From Centroscyllium fabricii (lineage: Eukaryota), in assembly GCA_051313645.2 (NCBI GenBank), contig JBNRSN020000004.1:260090001-260154000 (forward strand): DNA of 64,000 bases, read 5' to 3'. Under the pieces are notes generated by a model. That model was not told the origin of the DNA. It did no database searches and saw nothing but the letters and a program-made list of their open reading frames with translations. The position numbers were made by a program, and so were the translations under genes. How positions within the stretch are numbered: the stretch's first letter is position 1; every line of letters begins with the position of its first letter. Shown here piece after piece: positions 25,498 to 39,163 of the stretch.

Positions 25498-28400
25498 TGT
25501 AGCGTAGTCGCTAACTCAATTAAAAGGTGACTCATAAGTACCGAAATACAAGGCTTTTAATTGATAAAGAATGGAGTTAGTCTCCTCACAAGTTCACATA
25601 CAGGAAAGAAGGAGCTGGGCCAGACCACACCTTATATCAGTACCTCCACCTGGGGGAGGAGTCGGGGGTGTGGCTGACCTGGCTCCCAGAAGCATCTACA
25701 CAATGCATCTATACAATGGCATGCTGTACAATGGTAACCATATAAGGGTTACCACATTCACCCCTTCTTAAAAACTTTGAGTCCGGGGGGGGTGAATGTA
25801 CGGAACAGTTCATAATCAGTCTCTCCGGCGGTCGCGTTTGTCTTGCGGACCGCCGGGGTTCCGGTGTTGGTGGTGATGCCTCCATGGTAGAATAGCCCGC
25901 CTCCGTCGGTGCTGTAACTTCTGGACGTGGTGGGTTCTGCTGGGCCTCGTCCTCTGGTGCATCGGCGGGGAAACTCGGGGCCCACCTTGTGTCTGGTGGT
26001 AGGTCGACCTGCTGGCCAGCAGGAGGCGCTGTGGCGATGTTGCCGCCCGGGGCCAGGTCCCTGATCGACACGGTGTCCTCACGGCCGTCTGTGAACTGCA
26101 CGAAGGCATAGTGAGGTTTGGCGTGTAGGAGCTGTACCTTGTCCACCAGGGGGTCCGTCTTGTGGCACCGAACGTGCCGCTTAAGGAAAACCGGCCCCGG
26201 AGTCGTCAGCCATGGTGGGAGCGCCGTCCCCGAAGTTGACTTCCTGTTGAAGGAAAAAACAAGATCGTGCGGGGTGGCGTTAGTAGCAGTACATAATAAT
26301 GACCTGATAGAGTGCAGCGCGTCTGGGAGGACTGCCTGCCAATGGGACACTGAAAGGCCCCTGGACTTGAGAGCCAGGGTGACCGCCTTCCAAATGATCC
26401 CATTCTCCCTTTCTACCTGGCCGTTCCCCCGGGGGTTATAACTGGTCGTCCTGCTCGTCGCAACCCCTTTCTGGAGCAGAAACTGGCGCAGTTCATCGCT
26501 CATGAACGATGACCCCCGGTCGCTATGGATGTAGCTGGGGAGACCGAAGATGGCGAACAGCGTGGTGAAGTGTTTTATCACCGTTGCGCTCGTCATATCT
26601 GGGCAGGGGAAGGCAAAGGGGAAGCGGGAGAACTCATCCACTACCGTGAGGAAGTATGAGTTGCGGTCGGTGGAGGGGAGGGGGCCTTTGAAGTCTACGC
26701 TGAGGCGTTCAAAGGGGTGGGTGGCCTTAATGAGGTGCGCCGTGTCTGGCCGGAAAAAGTGGGGTTTGCACTCGGCGCAGACAGGGCACTCTCGGGTCAT
26801 AGCCTTGATCTCCGTGATGGAGTAGGGGAGGCTACGGGATTTGACAAAATGGGCTAATCTGGTGACACCCGGGTGGCAGAGGCGGTCGTGGAGGTCCTTC
26901 AGCCGGTCTAGCTGGGCACTGGCGCACGTTCCCCTGGACAGCGCGTCCGGGGGTTCATTGAGTTTACCTGGTCGGTAAAGAATGTCGTACTCGTAAGTCG
27001 AGAGTTCGATCCACCACCGCATGATCTTATCATTCTTGATTTTACCCCGTAGTTTATTATTAAACATAAACGCTACCGACCGTTGGTCGGTGAGCAGGGT
27101 AAAACGCTTACTGGCCAGGTGATGATGCCAGTAGCGCACGGCCTCCACGATGGCCTGGGCCTCCTTTTCCACTGCGGAGTGGCGAGTTTCGGGTCCCTGT
27201 AAGGTGCGGGAGAAAAATGCTACGGTCCTGCCTGCCTGATTCAGGGTGGCAGCAAGAGCAAAGTCCGAAGCGTCACTCTCCACCTGGAAAGGGATGGATT
27301 CATCAACAGCGAGCATGGTCGCCTTGATAATATCTTCTTTTATCTTTTCGAATGCCGTTTCAGCTTCTATAGAAAGGGGGAAGACGGCAGCCTTGAGGAG
27401 TGGTCTAGCCTTGTCTGCGAACTGCGGGACCCATTGTGCGTAGTAGGAGAAAAATCCTAGACATCTCCTCAAGGCTTTGGGGTTGTGAGGTAAGGGCAGT
27501 TCTAGCAGGGGTCGAATACCATGTGGGTCGGGGCCGAGGAGCCCGTTCTCCACCACGTATCCGAGGATGGCGAGCCGGGTTGTATTAAAGACACACTTGT
27601 CTTTGTTATACGTAAGGTCCAGCTTAGCCGCCGTGTCGAGGAATTTGGCCAGATTGGCATCGTGGTCCTGCAGGTCGTGGCCGCAGATGGTCACGTTGTC
27701 CAGGTAGGAAAAGTGGCCAGCAAGTCATTCTGGTCAACCATACGGTCCATCTCCCATTGGAACACGGACACTCCGTTGGTCACGCCAAAGGGGACCCGGA
27801 GGAAGTGGTAGATCCGACCGTTCGCCTCAAAGGCGGTGTAGGGGCGGTCGGCTTTCCGAATCGGGAGCTGGTGATACGCCGATTTAAGGTTGATTGTGGA
27901 GAACACCTTGTACTGGGCGATCTGATTGACCAGTTCCGAGATGCGGGGAAGGGGGTAGGCGTCGAGCCCGGTGTAGCGGTTGATAGTCTGGCTATAGTCG
28001 ATCACTAGCCGTTGTTTCTCACCAGACTTCACCACTACAACTTGGGCGCGCCAGGGGCTGGTGCTGGCTTCAATAATCCCCTCCTTCAGCATCCGCCCGA
28101 CCTCCGACCTGATAAACGCTCGGTCCCCCTCACTTTACCGCCGACTCTTGGTGGCGATTGGTTTGCACTTTGGGTCGAGGTTGGCGAACAGTGAGGGGGG
28201 GTCGATTCTCAGGGTGGAGAGGCCGCAGGCCGGGGTCCGCTTCGGGGGGAGATTGTCCCGGCTACTGAGGGTGAGTGGGGGTAAAGTCCCACCGAACTCC
28301 ATGGTCACGCTCCTGAAGTGGCACTGGAAATCCAAGCTTAGTAAGGCTGGGGCACACAACTTTTTGAGGGTATAAAATTTAAAATTGCGGTACACGCGTC

Positions 28401-30325
28401 CCTGGATGGTGAGCGTGACGGAGCAGTAGCCGGTGACGTCCGCGGTGTGGGACTGTGAAGCTAGGGACACTTGGTAGTTGGTGGGCAGGACCTGCAGCCC
28501 GAAACGCCGCACTGTATCAGGGTGAATGAAGCTCTCGGTACTGCCCGTGTCAAGGAGGCAGTCGACGGTATGGTTATTAATCATAATAGGTCTTATGGAA
28601 TTAGACAGGTGATGGGGCTTGCTTTGGCTAACTGTGGTTGTAGCAGCCCCTGCTGATGGGGACTGTGCACAAAATGGCGCCGCCCTTGGTTCGCACATGG
28701 AGGGGCCCTGGATACAAAATGGCGCCGCCCTTGGCTCACACATGGAGGGGCCCTGGATACAAAATGGCGCCGCTCCTGGCTCGCACATGGGGGGGCCCTG
28801 GATACAAGATGGCGCAGCCCCTGGTCCGCAGTTGGTGGGGCCCCGTATACAAGATGGCGCCGTCCCTGGTTCGCACATGGAGGGGCCCTGGGCGCAAGAT
28901 GGCGTCTTCCGCGGCTCGCACCTGGAGAGGCCTAGGTTGCGGGGTAGCGTTACTGCGGGGCCCTGATGCGTTGGCGGTGCCCGTGATTCGCACGCAGCGA
29001 ACCGCGGTGAACGCGCTGGTGGCGCCCGTGGTTCGCACGCAGCTAACCGCGGTGAACGCGCTGTCGGCGCCCGTGGTTCGCACGCAGCTAACCGCGGTGG
29101 ACGCGCTGGCGGTGCCCGTGATTCGCACGCAGCCGGCCGCGTTGTAAGATCGCGTTTGGCCGGTCGCCGCTGCATCGAGGTGGGGGAAGGGGGCGCTTGC
29201 CGTCGCTGAATAGCACTGCAAATGCAGCTTACCTGGTGGTGGTTGCTCTCACAGGCTGCACTGTTGTACCTTTTTGGTGCTGCAGCTGGAGTGGATCTGC
29301 AGGCCTTGGCGAAGTGTCCCTTCTTGGAGCATTTTTCGCAGGTCGCTGTCTTGGCTGGGCATTTTGCTCTGGGGTGCAATCCTTGGCCGCAGAAATAGCA
29401 GTGTTTGTGCTTAGTGTCCGTGGTGGCCGTCGCGGCCATCGTGGGGCTCTCAATCCGTGATGCCTGTTGTGGCGTGGCCCATATGTTGTAGACTTGATGG
29501 CTGGTACCACCGTACGTCTGCGATTTATTACGGGCCCCTTCCACCGATTTGGCTAACGTGGTTGCCTCCTCAAGGGTCAGAATGTCCTTTTCCAGTAGCC
29601 TCTGACGGGCTACTGCACATCTTAGTCCTGAGACGTAGGCGTCCCGGAGGAGGAGGTTTTCCTCCTGTGCCACAGTCAATCCACCCTTGCAGCCACAGGC
29701 CCGTATCATGCCCCGGAGCGCTTTCTCAAACTCGTCGTTTGACTCACCGGGTAGTTGAGATCGGGTCGCTAGTAGGTGGTGGGCGTAGACAGAGTGGGCC
29801 GGGCGCTCATAGTACTTCTTGAGGGTCATCACAGTTTCCTCGTAGGTTGTAAGGTCCTCGACGAGGGTGAAAACCCTGCTTGAAATCCTGGATAGCAGGA
29901 CTTGGAGTTTGTCCTCGTCCGTGGTAGCCTTGGCGGCTGCCATATAGGCCTTTAGTAATCCGAACCAGTGCTTGAAGGTAGCTGGTGCCGCGGCATCCTG
30001 GGGGCTAATGTCCAGCTCCCTAGGCTTTACCGTGCTGCTCTCCATTTTAAATTTATCAATTAAAATTGTAGCGTAGTCGCTAACTCAATTAAAAGGCGAC
30101 TCGTAAGTACCGAAATACAAGGCTTTTAATTGATAAAGAATGGAGCTAGACTCCTCACAAGTTCACATACAGAAATGAAGGAGCTGGGCCAGACCACACC
30201 TTATATTAGTACCTCCACCTGGGGGAGGAGTCGGGGGTGTGGCTGACCTGGCTCCCAGCAGCAACTACACAATGCATCTATACAATGGCATGCTGTACAA
30301 TGGTAACCATATAAGGGTTACCACA
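25498..30325 (-). mobile_element. Full-length Gypsy element C inserted in integrase of D
   Basis: 259-bp LTRs 25498-25756 and 30067-30325 (~9 differences), 5-bp TSD CTCGT, PPT. Confidence 0.97.
25709..30045 (-). pseudogene. gag-pol: gag-pol of C with one in-frame stop (28135-28137) and one frameshift (~27705)
   Basis: ORFs 28135-30045 and 27691-28092 share a frame; ATFP(Y)LDN broken by a 1-nt deletion; 25709-27694 carries RT end, RH and IN. Confidence 0.92.
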
Positions 30326-33300
30326 CTCGTCGAAGACCGTGAGGAAATACGAGTTACGGTCAGTGGAGGGGAGGGGACCTTTGAAGTCCACACTCAGGCG
30401 TTCGAAGGGGCGGGTGGCCTTGATGATGTGCGCCCTGTCTGGACTGTAAAATTGGGGTTTGCATTCAGTGCAGGCAGGGCGCCATTTGGTCATAGCCTTG
30501 ATCTCCGAGATGGAGTAGCGGAGTCTACGAGACTTCACAAAGTGGGCGAGTCTGGTGACACCCGGGTGGCGGAGGCGATCGTGGAGGTCCTGCAGCCGGT
30601 CAATATGGGCACTGGCGCACGTTATCATGGACAGGGTGACCGGGGGCTAGTTGAGCTCACCTGGCCGGTAAAGAATGTCGCACTCGTAAGTCGAGAGCTC
30701 GATCTGCCACCGAAGGATGTTATCATTCTTAATTTGACTCCGCTGTTTAGTGTTAAACATAAACGCCACCGACCGTTGGTCGGTGAGCAGGGTAAATCTC
30801 TTACTGGCCAGGTAGTGGCGCCAGTAGTGCACTGCCTCCACAATAGCCTGGGCTTCCTTTTCCACTGCGGAGTGGCGAATTTCAGGTCCTTGTAGGGTCA
30901 GGGAGAAGAACACTATGGGCCTGCCCGCTGGGTTGAGGGTGGCAGTGAGGGCAAAGTCTGATGCGTCGCTTTCCACCTGGAAGGGGATGGACTCATCAAC
31001 GGCGTGCATGGTCGCCTTGATGATGTCTTCCTTGATCTGGGCGAATGCCGTTTGGGCTTCTGCCGGGACTGGGAAGACATTGGCCTTGAGGAGAGGTCTG
31101 GCCTTATCCGCATACTGGGGAACCCATTGTGCGTAATAGGAGATAAACCCCAGGCATCCCTTCAGGGCTTTGAGATTGTGGGGTAAGGGCTGCTCCTGCA
31201 GGGGACGCATACGTTGGGGATCGGGGCCGAGGACCCCGTTTTCCACCACGTAGCTGAGGATGGCGAGCCGGTCCGTACTAAAGATGCACTTGTCCTTATT
31301 ATACGTCAGGTTCAGCCGTTTGGCCGAGTGAAGGAATTTGGCGAGGTTGGCATCGTGGTCCTGCTGGTCATGGCCGCAGATGGTCACGTTGTCCACGTTG
31401 GGGAAAGAGGCCTGCAACTCGTTATTGGTCATCCATCCAGTCCATCTCCCTTTGGAAGACCGACACTCCGTTGGTCACGCCGAAGGGGACTCGGAGGAAG
31501 TGGTAGAGACGGCCGTTCGCCTCGAGGGCGGTGTACCGGCGGTCAGAATTCCGGATGGGAGCTGGTGATACGCCGACTTGAGGTCAATTGTGGAGAAGAC
31601 CTTGTACTGGGCGATCTGGTTTACCATATCCGAGATGCGGGGGAGTGGGTAGGCATCGAGCCCGGTGTAGCGGTTAATCATCTGGCTGTCATCTATGACC
31701 ATTCGCAGTTTTTCGCCTGTCTTAACCACCATGACCTGGGCCCTCCAGGGGTTGGTGCTGGCCTCAGTGATCCCTTCCTTTAGCAGGCGCTCGACCTCCG
31801 ACCTGATAAACGCCCGGTCCCCTGCTCTGTACCGCCGACTTTTGATTGCAATGGCTTTGCACTTGTGGTTGAGGTTGGTGAACAGCGAGGGGGGGTCGAC
31901 TTTCAGTGTTGTAAGGAGCGTGCGTCGTATGTTTTATTTACGACTTGGGGTCCGTTACTGCCTTGCACTAGCAGTCCGCTAGGCCTCGCGCAATAACCTC
32001 CTCCCCCGCGAGCGGTTCGAATCGCTCACCCTTACGGTTCTAGACGCTGGACTTAGGTGCAGGAAAAGAGAGAGAGACGAGATGGATACCGATTGGACTC
32101 AGACTTGGACTCGAATAAAAGTTGCAAAGTTGGATGATTTTATTACACCACAAGATATATGTACAGCAGTTAGGTTGTATTTCATAGAACCAACAGAGTA
32201 TGATACACCAACAGTTGTTTCCCAAATATATATATATGAACATACACAAGTAACTTATAGGATGGGGAACGCACGGCACATCGTAAATCGGGGCAATGAC
32301 TCTATAAATACACCCAAATAAACCACCCTTCCCTCTTATTGCCTAGCTATGTCCAGGTGTGTAGGATCGGGGCACATGCTCACCACTCGGTCAAACTCGG
32401 GGTCTGCTATTCGTCTCTTCGGCTGCAGCGTCGGTCGTCACGTGGCTGTGGAAGATTCGGGAGCCCACTTGTTGTCTTCTCCCTCTGGGCGGTGGCTGCT
32501 TCTGCTCGGGCTGGTCCCGGACGGGTTCCTCGAGGCTGCTCTACCTCCTCGCACCAACCGCACCGTCTCCCTGGCTGAACCGGACCCTGGGGTATGCCGA
32601 TCCTGCCCTCTCAAGCCGAACTGTAACGGGCTGCTAGCCTACTTGCTTTTCCACTCTTCCGACGCCAGCTTATTCGCCGTGTTCGACAAGATGCTTCACT
32701 AATGGGGCCCAACAACCAACTACCTCACCAGCAATGGTTTTCCGATGCGATACAGCCCTGACCCAACTCTGCTGTCCTGCCAGAGCCTGCACCCTGCTTG
32801 CCCTGCACCCAGATAGCTGAACTGGAGTCTACGAAAAGGAGAGCCCACCCAAAGTCACTGCTAAAGCTCAAGAAGTTCTTTCAGAGACCTTACCGCTTCA
32901 AGAGGTCGCCTCCACGAGTCAAGAGAGAGAAATCCAAACCCCCCTCCTCCAGGGAGTCCGAGATGAAGAGTTTCCAAGAGAGAGAGACCTCACCGCTTCA
33001 GGAGGTCGCCTCCACGAGTCCTAAGTCATAAGAGAGATTTTTCCAAGAGAGCCCTCTCCAGAGAGCCCACAGAAGAAGAGAGAGAGAGCGAGAGATCGAA
33101 TAGTAGAATGTCCTGCCAGTTATACCCCAAATGTTGAATGCCTAATGTCTTTCCAATTATGTCTGGTATTGTCTTTAAGAAACGGTTACTGCATTCTTTT
33201 GTCCAGCCAAACCTGCTGGTAATGCTTTGATGGCAGCCCTAACCTCTCCTGTATAGAGCTCCATTGTTTTCAAAGGGTGCTAATCGTTTTAATGCTTGCT

Positions 33301-34536
33301 TGCTGTACAATTTCTGTACCTGGCTAAACGGGCCAGTTAGTTCATATTTTCAGTATAATTGGGTGCTTATTTAACTGGGTGCATTTCTTTGTTGGGCTAA
33401 GCGGTTCTAAGGGCTGGTTATTTATTTCCAATCGCACACTGGCTTATGGCGCCTCTATGTCTGGGCGTTTTCGCGGGCTTTCTAGAATTCGGTTTTAGTT
33501 TCGATTTTGCTCTGGCCGTTATGTCATGTGGTCCGGTGGCCATCTTGTGAGGCCCCTTTTCTCTGATCGAGCCGCAGCTCGTCTTTTTCTCTGCCACTGT
33601 TCAATAAAATATGCTTACTCCATCCATCTGTTTCTGGTCTTTGTGAATCCGTTTTTAACCTTGGAATATTGCGGCCTTACAGTCCCTCCTGTTGATTAAC
33701 ATAACCCCGCTTAGCGAATCAATTAATAAAGGTTGAGCAAGATTCCTGATTCTCCACACCTCAACTCTCCTGGTTACCTAAGTTAACTGTTGCCCCCTGA
33801 CACATGCGGTTCCCATTCCCTTCGGTCAACCTCGCATTGCCTTCACCCTGGGCAACGTATATTTACACAACCATTCCTTACACCTCCTGGTTCCTTCCAC
33901 GTCTGCCAGGCCGATGCCTTCGTCTCCACCTGTTCATATCGTTTATTATTTGAAAGAGACATCACACAACCAACCGAAAAATTCACAACACACACATATA
34001 TATCCCCTCATCAATCCCACCATGTGTCCCAAAGTCTATACAGCGTTCTGGCGGTCTTCCGCAGCCACCACCATCGGCTCGCTGGGATCTTCCTATCCCT
34101 CAACGAAAATCAGTGCTTTCGCCGATGATAGCGCTGGTTCTGGCGATCTTGATCCGAGGCACAGCAGGCAAGTCTCCGACGCGCTGGGATGCTCCATTGG
34201 GTCCGTTCCCAGCCGTCCTGGGCATCTGCTCCTTACTCCCCAGTGTGGCCCCGACAGGCCAGTCCATCTCTGATGACCGCAAGCGTCATCAGAATCCCCG
34301 CCTCTCTGGGTTCTGTAATTAAACAAAGGGGTTGCCGGCCTCCCAAGAGCACCTGGCTGTGGTGAGATGTGCACACCTCCTGGACAGATCCCATATTACC
34401 TAAACACTCCCCTTCACCTTTATACTAAATGTAACACCATTAACAAAAATTCAAAACTTAATTCGGGCTATTCCCTTGACACTACCAAAACTTATTTCTA
34501 ACTATGATACAGTGCCGCCTCTCCCGGGCGGCCTAC

Positions 34537-37500
34537 CTATCCCCTGTCAGGGTCGCAGCGGGCCGCTCCCCGTGGCGGTGCATTGCTGACCCTTCCCTTT
34601 GATTCCCCGCAGCCTGTTGCTGCTTTTGATTCTCCGCAGCCTGGTGCTGCTTGTCGGGGGTAGATAATTATCCTTTTGCGGGGGCTTTTTCCCATTGTAC
34701 TGTTCCTGTACCTGAGGGCATAGGACGGTCCTGGCCAAGCTTTCCTGGGCTGGGGTGCCCTTCCCGATCGACGGAGGGTGCTTTTAGGTACTGCCCCCTG
34801 GGCCGACGAACTGAGGACCGAGCCCGGTTGTGCTGCAGCCTGCAACTCCCTCACAGCTGCCAGCCCCAACCTCTCTTCCTCCAGCTTCGCTTCCCTGGGA
34901 CCGAGAGCCCCCTGGGCCGACGACCTGAGGACCGGGCCAGGCCGTGCTACAGCCTGTGACCCCGTCACATTTGTCAGCATCGACGTTCCCTCCTCTCGCC
35001 TCTTCGACGAACTGAAGGCCGGGCCGGATCGTGCTGCAGCCTGTGACTCCTTCACAGCTGCCAGCACCGACCCTCCCTCCTTCAGCTTCGCTTCCCCGGG
35101 ACTGGGATCTTTTGCGGCTTCTGACCTCACCTCACCTATCTCCTCAGGTGGTGAGTCTCCGCCCGCTATCCCTACCTCTTCGGCATTCGAGTCGAGAACG
35201 GAACCCCCGTCCTCCGACCCCTCCTCCTCCCCTGTGATTGACTCTAGCACTGGGTCGCGTAGGTCAATCAGGTCCAACCCTTGGTCGGGTTGGCCAATCG
35301 GGTCCAACACCTGGTCGTGTTGGTCCGGCTCCTCCCCATCTGAATCCCACACAGCACGAGAGACCCTCCTCTCCTCCATCGGGGCCTCTCCTTTCACGCA
35401 GGCTACTTTACCTGCCTGCGCGACCTGTGGTCCTGCACTTGGCTGGGCGTTCCTACTCACAGGGCCTGCCCCTGTGGTCGACCCCTGCGTGCCCGACTTA
35501 TACCTCTTGCACTGGTTTATATGAAACCACTTTGTGCGCCGGGGCACCTTCACCGCATAAACCATGGGGCTTGCCTTATCTACAATGCTGTAGGGCCCCA
35601 TGTACAGTGGCTCTAAACTCCCTACCCGGGCATAGTTCCTCACAATGACCAGGTCTCCCACTTCCCATTCTTGCGTTCTTCGGGGCTCCAGCAACAGCTT
35701 GTTCCCCTGATGCTGTCTGCCCATGTTCCCTGCTGCCTGCTCGTGTACTTGCTTTAGGTGCTCGAACAGATTTTGGGCAAACCTGTCCTTCTTTACCTCC
35801 TCGAGCTGTCCTTCCGTGAGCACCGGGGCTAGTACATGAGTGGGGGTCCGCATGGCCCTTCCAGTCATTAGCTCGTGTGGGGAATACCCCGTACTTTTCG
35901 ACTGGCTGGCCCTGATCCCCATGATGATTAAAGGCAGGATCTCCGCCCATTTCTGGGGCGAGCCCATCGCCTCTTTCCTCAACCGTTCCTTAAGGGTTCG
36001 GTTCATGCGTTCCACAATCCCTGACGACTGGGGGTTGTGCGCTACGTGCCATTTCCCTTCTATGCCTAAGAGCATGAGGGTGTTCTGCATGACTTGGCCG
36101 GTGAAGTGGCTCCCCTGGTCAGACTCCACAAAACGGGGAAGTCCCCACCATGAGAACACCTCCCGGACCAAGATCCTGGCAGTACCTAAGACCGTAGCCG
36201 TCCTGCAGGGGAAAGCTTCCACCCACTTGGAGAACACCTCCACCAGGACGAGACAATATTTATAGCCTCCCTGGGCGGTGGGTAGGGGCCCTATATAGTC
36301 GACTTGTATCGACTGCCATGGTCCCTCCACCCTCCTGACGTGCCCCATCTGCACTTTCCTCCTTTGGGGGTCTGGGTTGTTCACAGCGCACACCAGGCAG
36401 CTGGCGCAGAACTCGCGGGCATCTTTCCTGAGTCCCGGCCACCACCCTGCCTGCTCCACCCGCTGCCATGTAACCTCTGGCCCGGGGTGCCCTGCTCCTG
36501 GACCCTCGTGGGCCAATTGGAGAAATTCCCTCCTGTGCTGCTGCGGCACAACCCACTGTTCCTCCCTGAACAACATTCCTTCCTTAACGGAGAGGGTCGC
36601 CCTATTGTATGGGCCCTCTACCTGCTTGTCCTCGCCAATAGCTTTGAGGACAGCTTTTAAAACGGGATCCTGGTTTTGGACCGTTTTGAGATCCAAAGGC
36701 AGGGGTACCCTGAGGCGGTTCCCCTCCTTATCCCGGATCGCTGCCACGGGTCCGGACCCATAGGGGTCCCAGAAAGTGCCTTCCCGAGCACCCTCCTTGG
36801 CCAGCGCATCCGCATTCTGATTGCCTCCCCCACGTGGTTCCGTGGCAGAGTGAGCCTTCACCTTGTGGATGAAGAACTCCCCTTCTTCCCCTACTGCCGC
36901 TAGGATCTTCTCCAACAAGGGCTTTACCGTTAATGGCCGCCCGTCCGCGGAAGTGTACCCGCGACGTGACCATATGGCCAGATACTCCGTGCACGAGTTG
37001 CATGTAAACATACTATCTGAGCAAATTGTGTACGGGGTTGGGAAGGTCTCGGGGTGGGTTACCACGTACGCCACCGCCGACAGCTCGGTCTGCTGCGCGC
37101 TCATGGTGCGGGGAAGCTTAACCGCCAAGGCAATGTCTGCCGTAGGGTCAAAAATCCCGCAGCCCGTGAGTCGTTCGCCAGCCACCACCGTGCTGGAACC
37201 ATCAACATAGATCTCGCGGCCCATGGGATGTATCCCGGCTTGCAGACCTATGTTCTCCTCCCATACCCCCTCCGCGGAACACCGATGGGTCGTTCCGGGG
37301 TACATCAAATTTGCTGCGAGCGTAGGCTCGCACAAACCCTCCACCTTTAAATCCATTTGTGACAAGAGAAGAGTCCAGCGCGCAATCCTCGCGCTGCTCA
37401 CGGTCCCATCCTTTATCCTCCCATCCAGGAGCATCCTGGTGGGTGTGTGGTGGGTGAGGAGAGTAATGGGAGAGGTTCCCGTGAAGATCAGTGATCTTTT

Positions 37501-39163
37501 CACGGCCCAATGCGTGGCTAAGAGATGCCGTTCGCAGTTGGAGAACCCCCTCTCTACCTCCGTGAGTACCCTTGAGGAATACACCACCGGTCGCAGCTTG
37601 CCGTGCCGCTCTTGGAGCAGCACCGCGCTCAAGCTGTCCTCGCCGGCTGCTACCTCCAGGGAAAACTCCTTCCCCCCCTCTATGGCCCCCAGCGCTGGCG
37701 CGGTTTGCAAGTCCCTCTTCAACTTTTCAAACGCCGCCTGGCAGCCCTCATCCCATGACCACCCAACTCCCTTATGTAAGAGTCGGAGCAGCGGAGCTGC
37801 TGTGGCTGCATAGTCCTCAATGAAGTCTCTGCAATACCCGGTCAGTCCCAAAAAGGACCTCACACCCTTTACGGTGGTCGGGATCGGTAGCTCCTGTACC
37901 GACTCCCTCCTGGCCTTATCTATGGCCCTTTCCCCCGCGCGGATGGTCAAACCCAGAAATTTTACTTCTGTCTGGCCAATCCGTGCCTTCTTCGGGTTTA
38001 TTTTAAAACCCTTCCTAGCCAGTAATTCCAGCAGCTCGCCTAGCAGTGGCAAGTGCTCATCCCTCATGTCCGTGAACAAAAGTAAGTCGTCCACGTACTG
38101 CACTGTTTGATTGGGCTGGCTAAACTCCTTTAAACTCCCTGCCATACACTGGTGGAAGATACTGGGGCTGTTGTGGAAGCCTTGCGGCAAACAATTCCAC
38201 GTGTACTGCTGCCCTTTAAACGTAAAGGCAAACTTGTACTGATCCTCCCTCCGCAGCGGGATGGACCAAAACCCGTTGGAAATATCCAACACCGTAAACA
38301 CCGTGGCGGAAGCGGGAATACTCCCGATCAGGTCGGCAACTGCTGCCACCGTGGGTGCGCAGGCGGGGATGTTACTGTTGAGGACCCGATAATCCACCGT
38401 GGCTCTCCATGAGTTGTCTGGCTTCCGTACGGGCCACAACGGAGAGTTCACATGGGTGGCTATCGGCCTCAACATGCCCTGCCGCACCAGTGAAGACATC
38501 GCTGTCTCCAGATCGGACTCCGCTTCCTTGGGGAAGTTATACTGTTTCTGGGGTCGGGACATGGGATCCCCCTGTACGCTAACCTCAAACCATAAGACCC
38601 TCCCACAATCGTGCTTGTGGGTCGCAAAGGCATTTATATTCCAGGTTACGGCCGCCTGCATGTCGGCCGGAACCCCCTTGGACAAACTTTCGAGGTCGTA
38701 ACCTCCGGACGGCTTCATGGTACATAGGGTCCCCTTCTCTTCTTCCTCCCCTATGACCACAACTTCACCTCTTCCACTTTCGGCTGCCCATAAACAGTGG
38801 TTCCTTAGGTCGATCATGATCCCGTGTGCTCCCAGAAAATCTGCTCCTACTATTCCTCTGCCACCTCCTTCTTCCCATTTCAGCAGGATGCACTCCCAAG
38901 TGGTGTGGAGCGCTCCTAACTGAACGGAGAGTGGCCTAGAGCGCGCGTCCCCCTGTTCCTTGCCCGTAAACCCTGCTAATGCAAAAGGGACTCCGGTGGA
39001 CATTGGGAGAATTAAACGGCTTCTCTGTATGGATCACGGTGCATGAGGCCCCCGTATCCAACAGATAATTCCCCTCCTGTCTCTCCACCTCCATTTCCAC
39101 CAGAGGTCTCCTCCATGCATCATAACGGAGCGGACACAGGTAAATGGGCAGCACGGGCCTTAG
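34537..39163 (-). CDS. pol: Pro-Pol of F: protease, RT, tether, RNase H, integrase and long C-terminal extension; one frameshift at ~39005-39030
   Basis: LLDTGA; LDISNGFW, LPQGFHNSP, YVDD; degenerate first RH; IYVDGSS..QQTEL..SDS..KAH..NADALA; HHCC; D-D-E; GPY. Confidence 0.92.

Noticed and set aside
32082-33031. Plus-strand ORFs duplicated at 41258-42207
   Set aside because: Duplicated only because they lie in the LTRs; antisense and no recognisable domain
34269-34293. CTGATGA hammerhead core
   Set aside because: It is one arm of a simple hairpin; no correctly placed GAAA on either strand
34778-35524. 248-aa antisense ORF as a possible env or accessory gene
   Set aside because: Shadow of the GC-rich repetitive pol tail; no signal peptide or transmembrane segment
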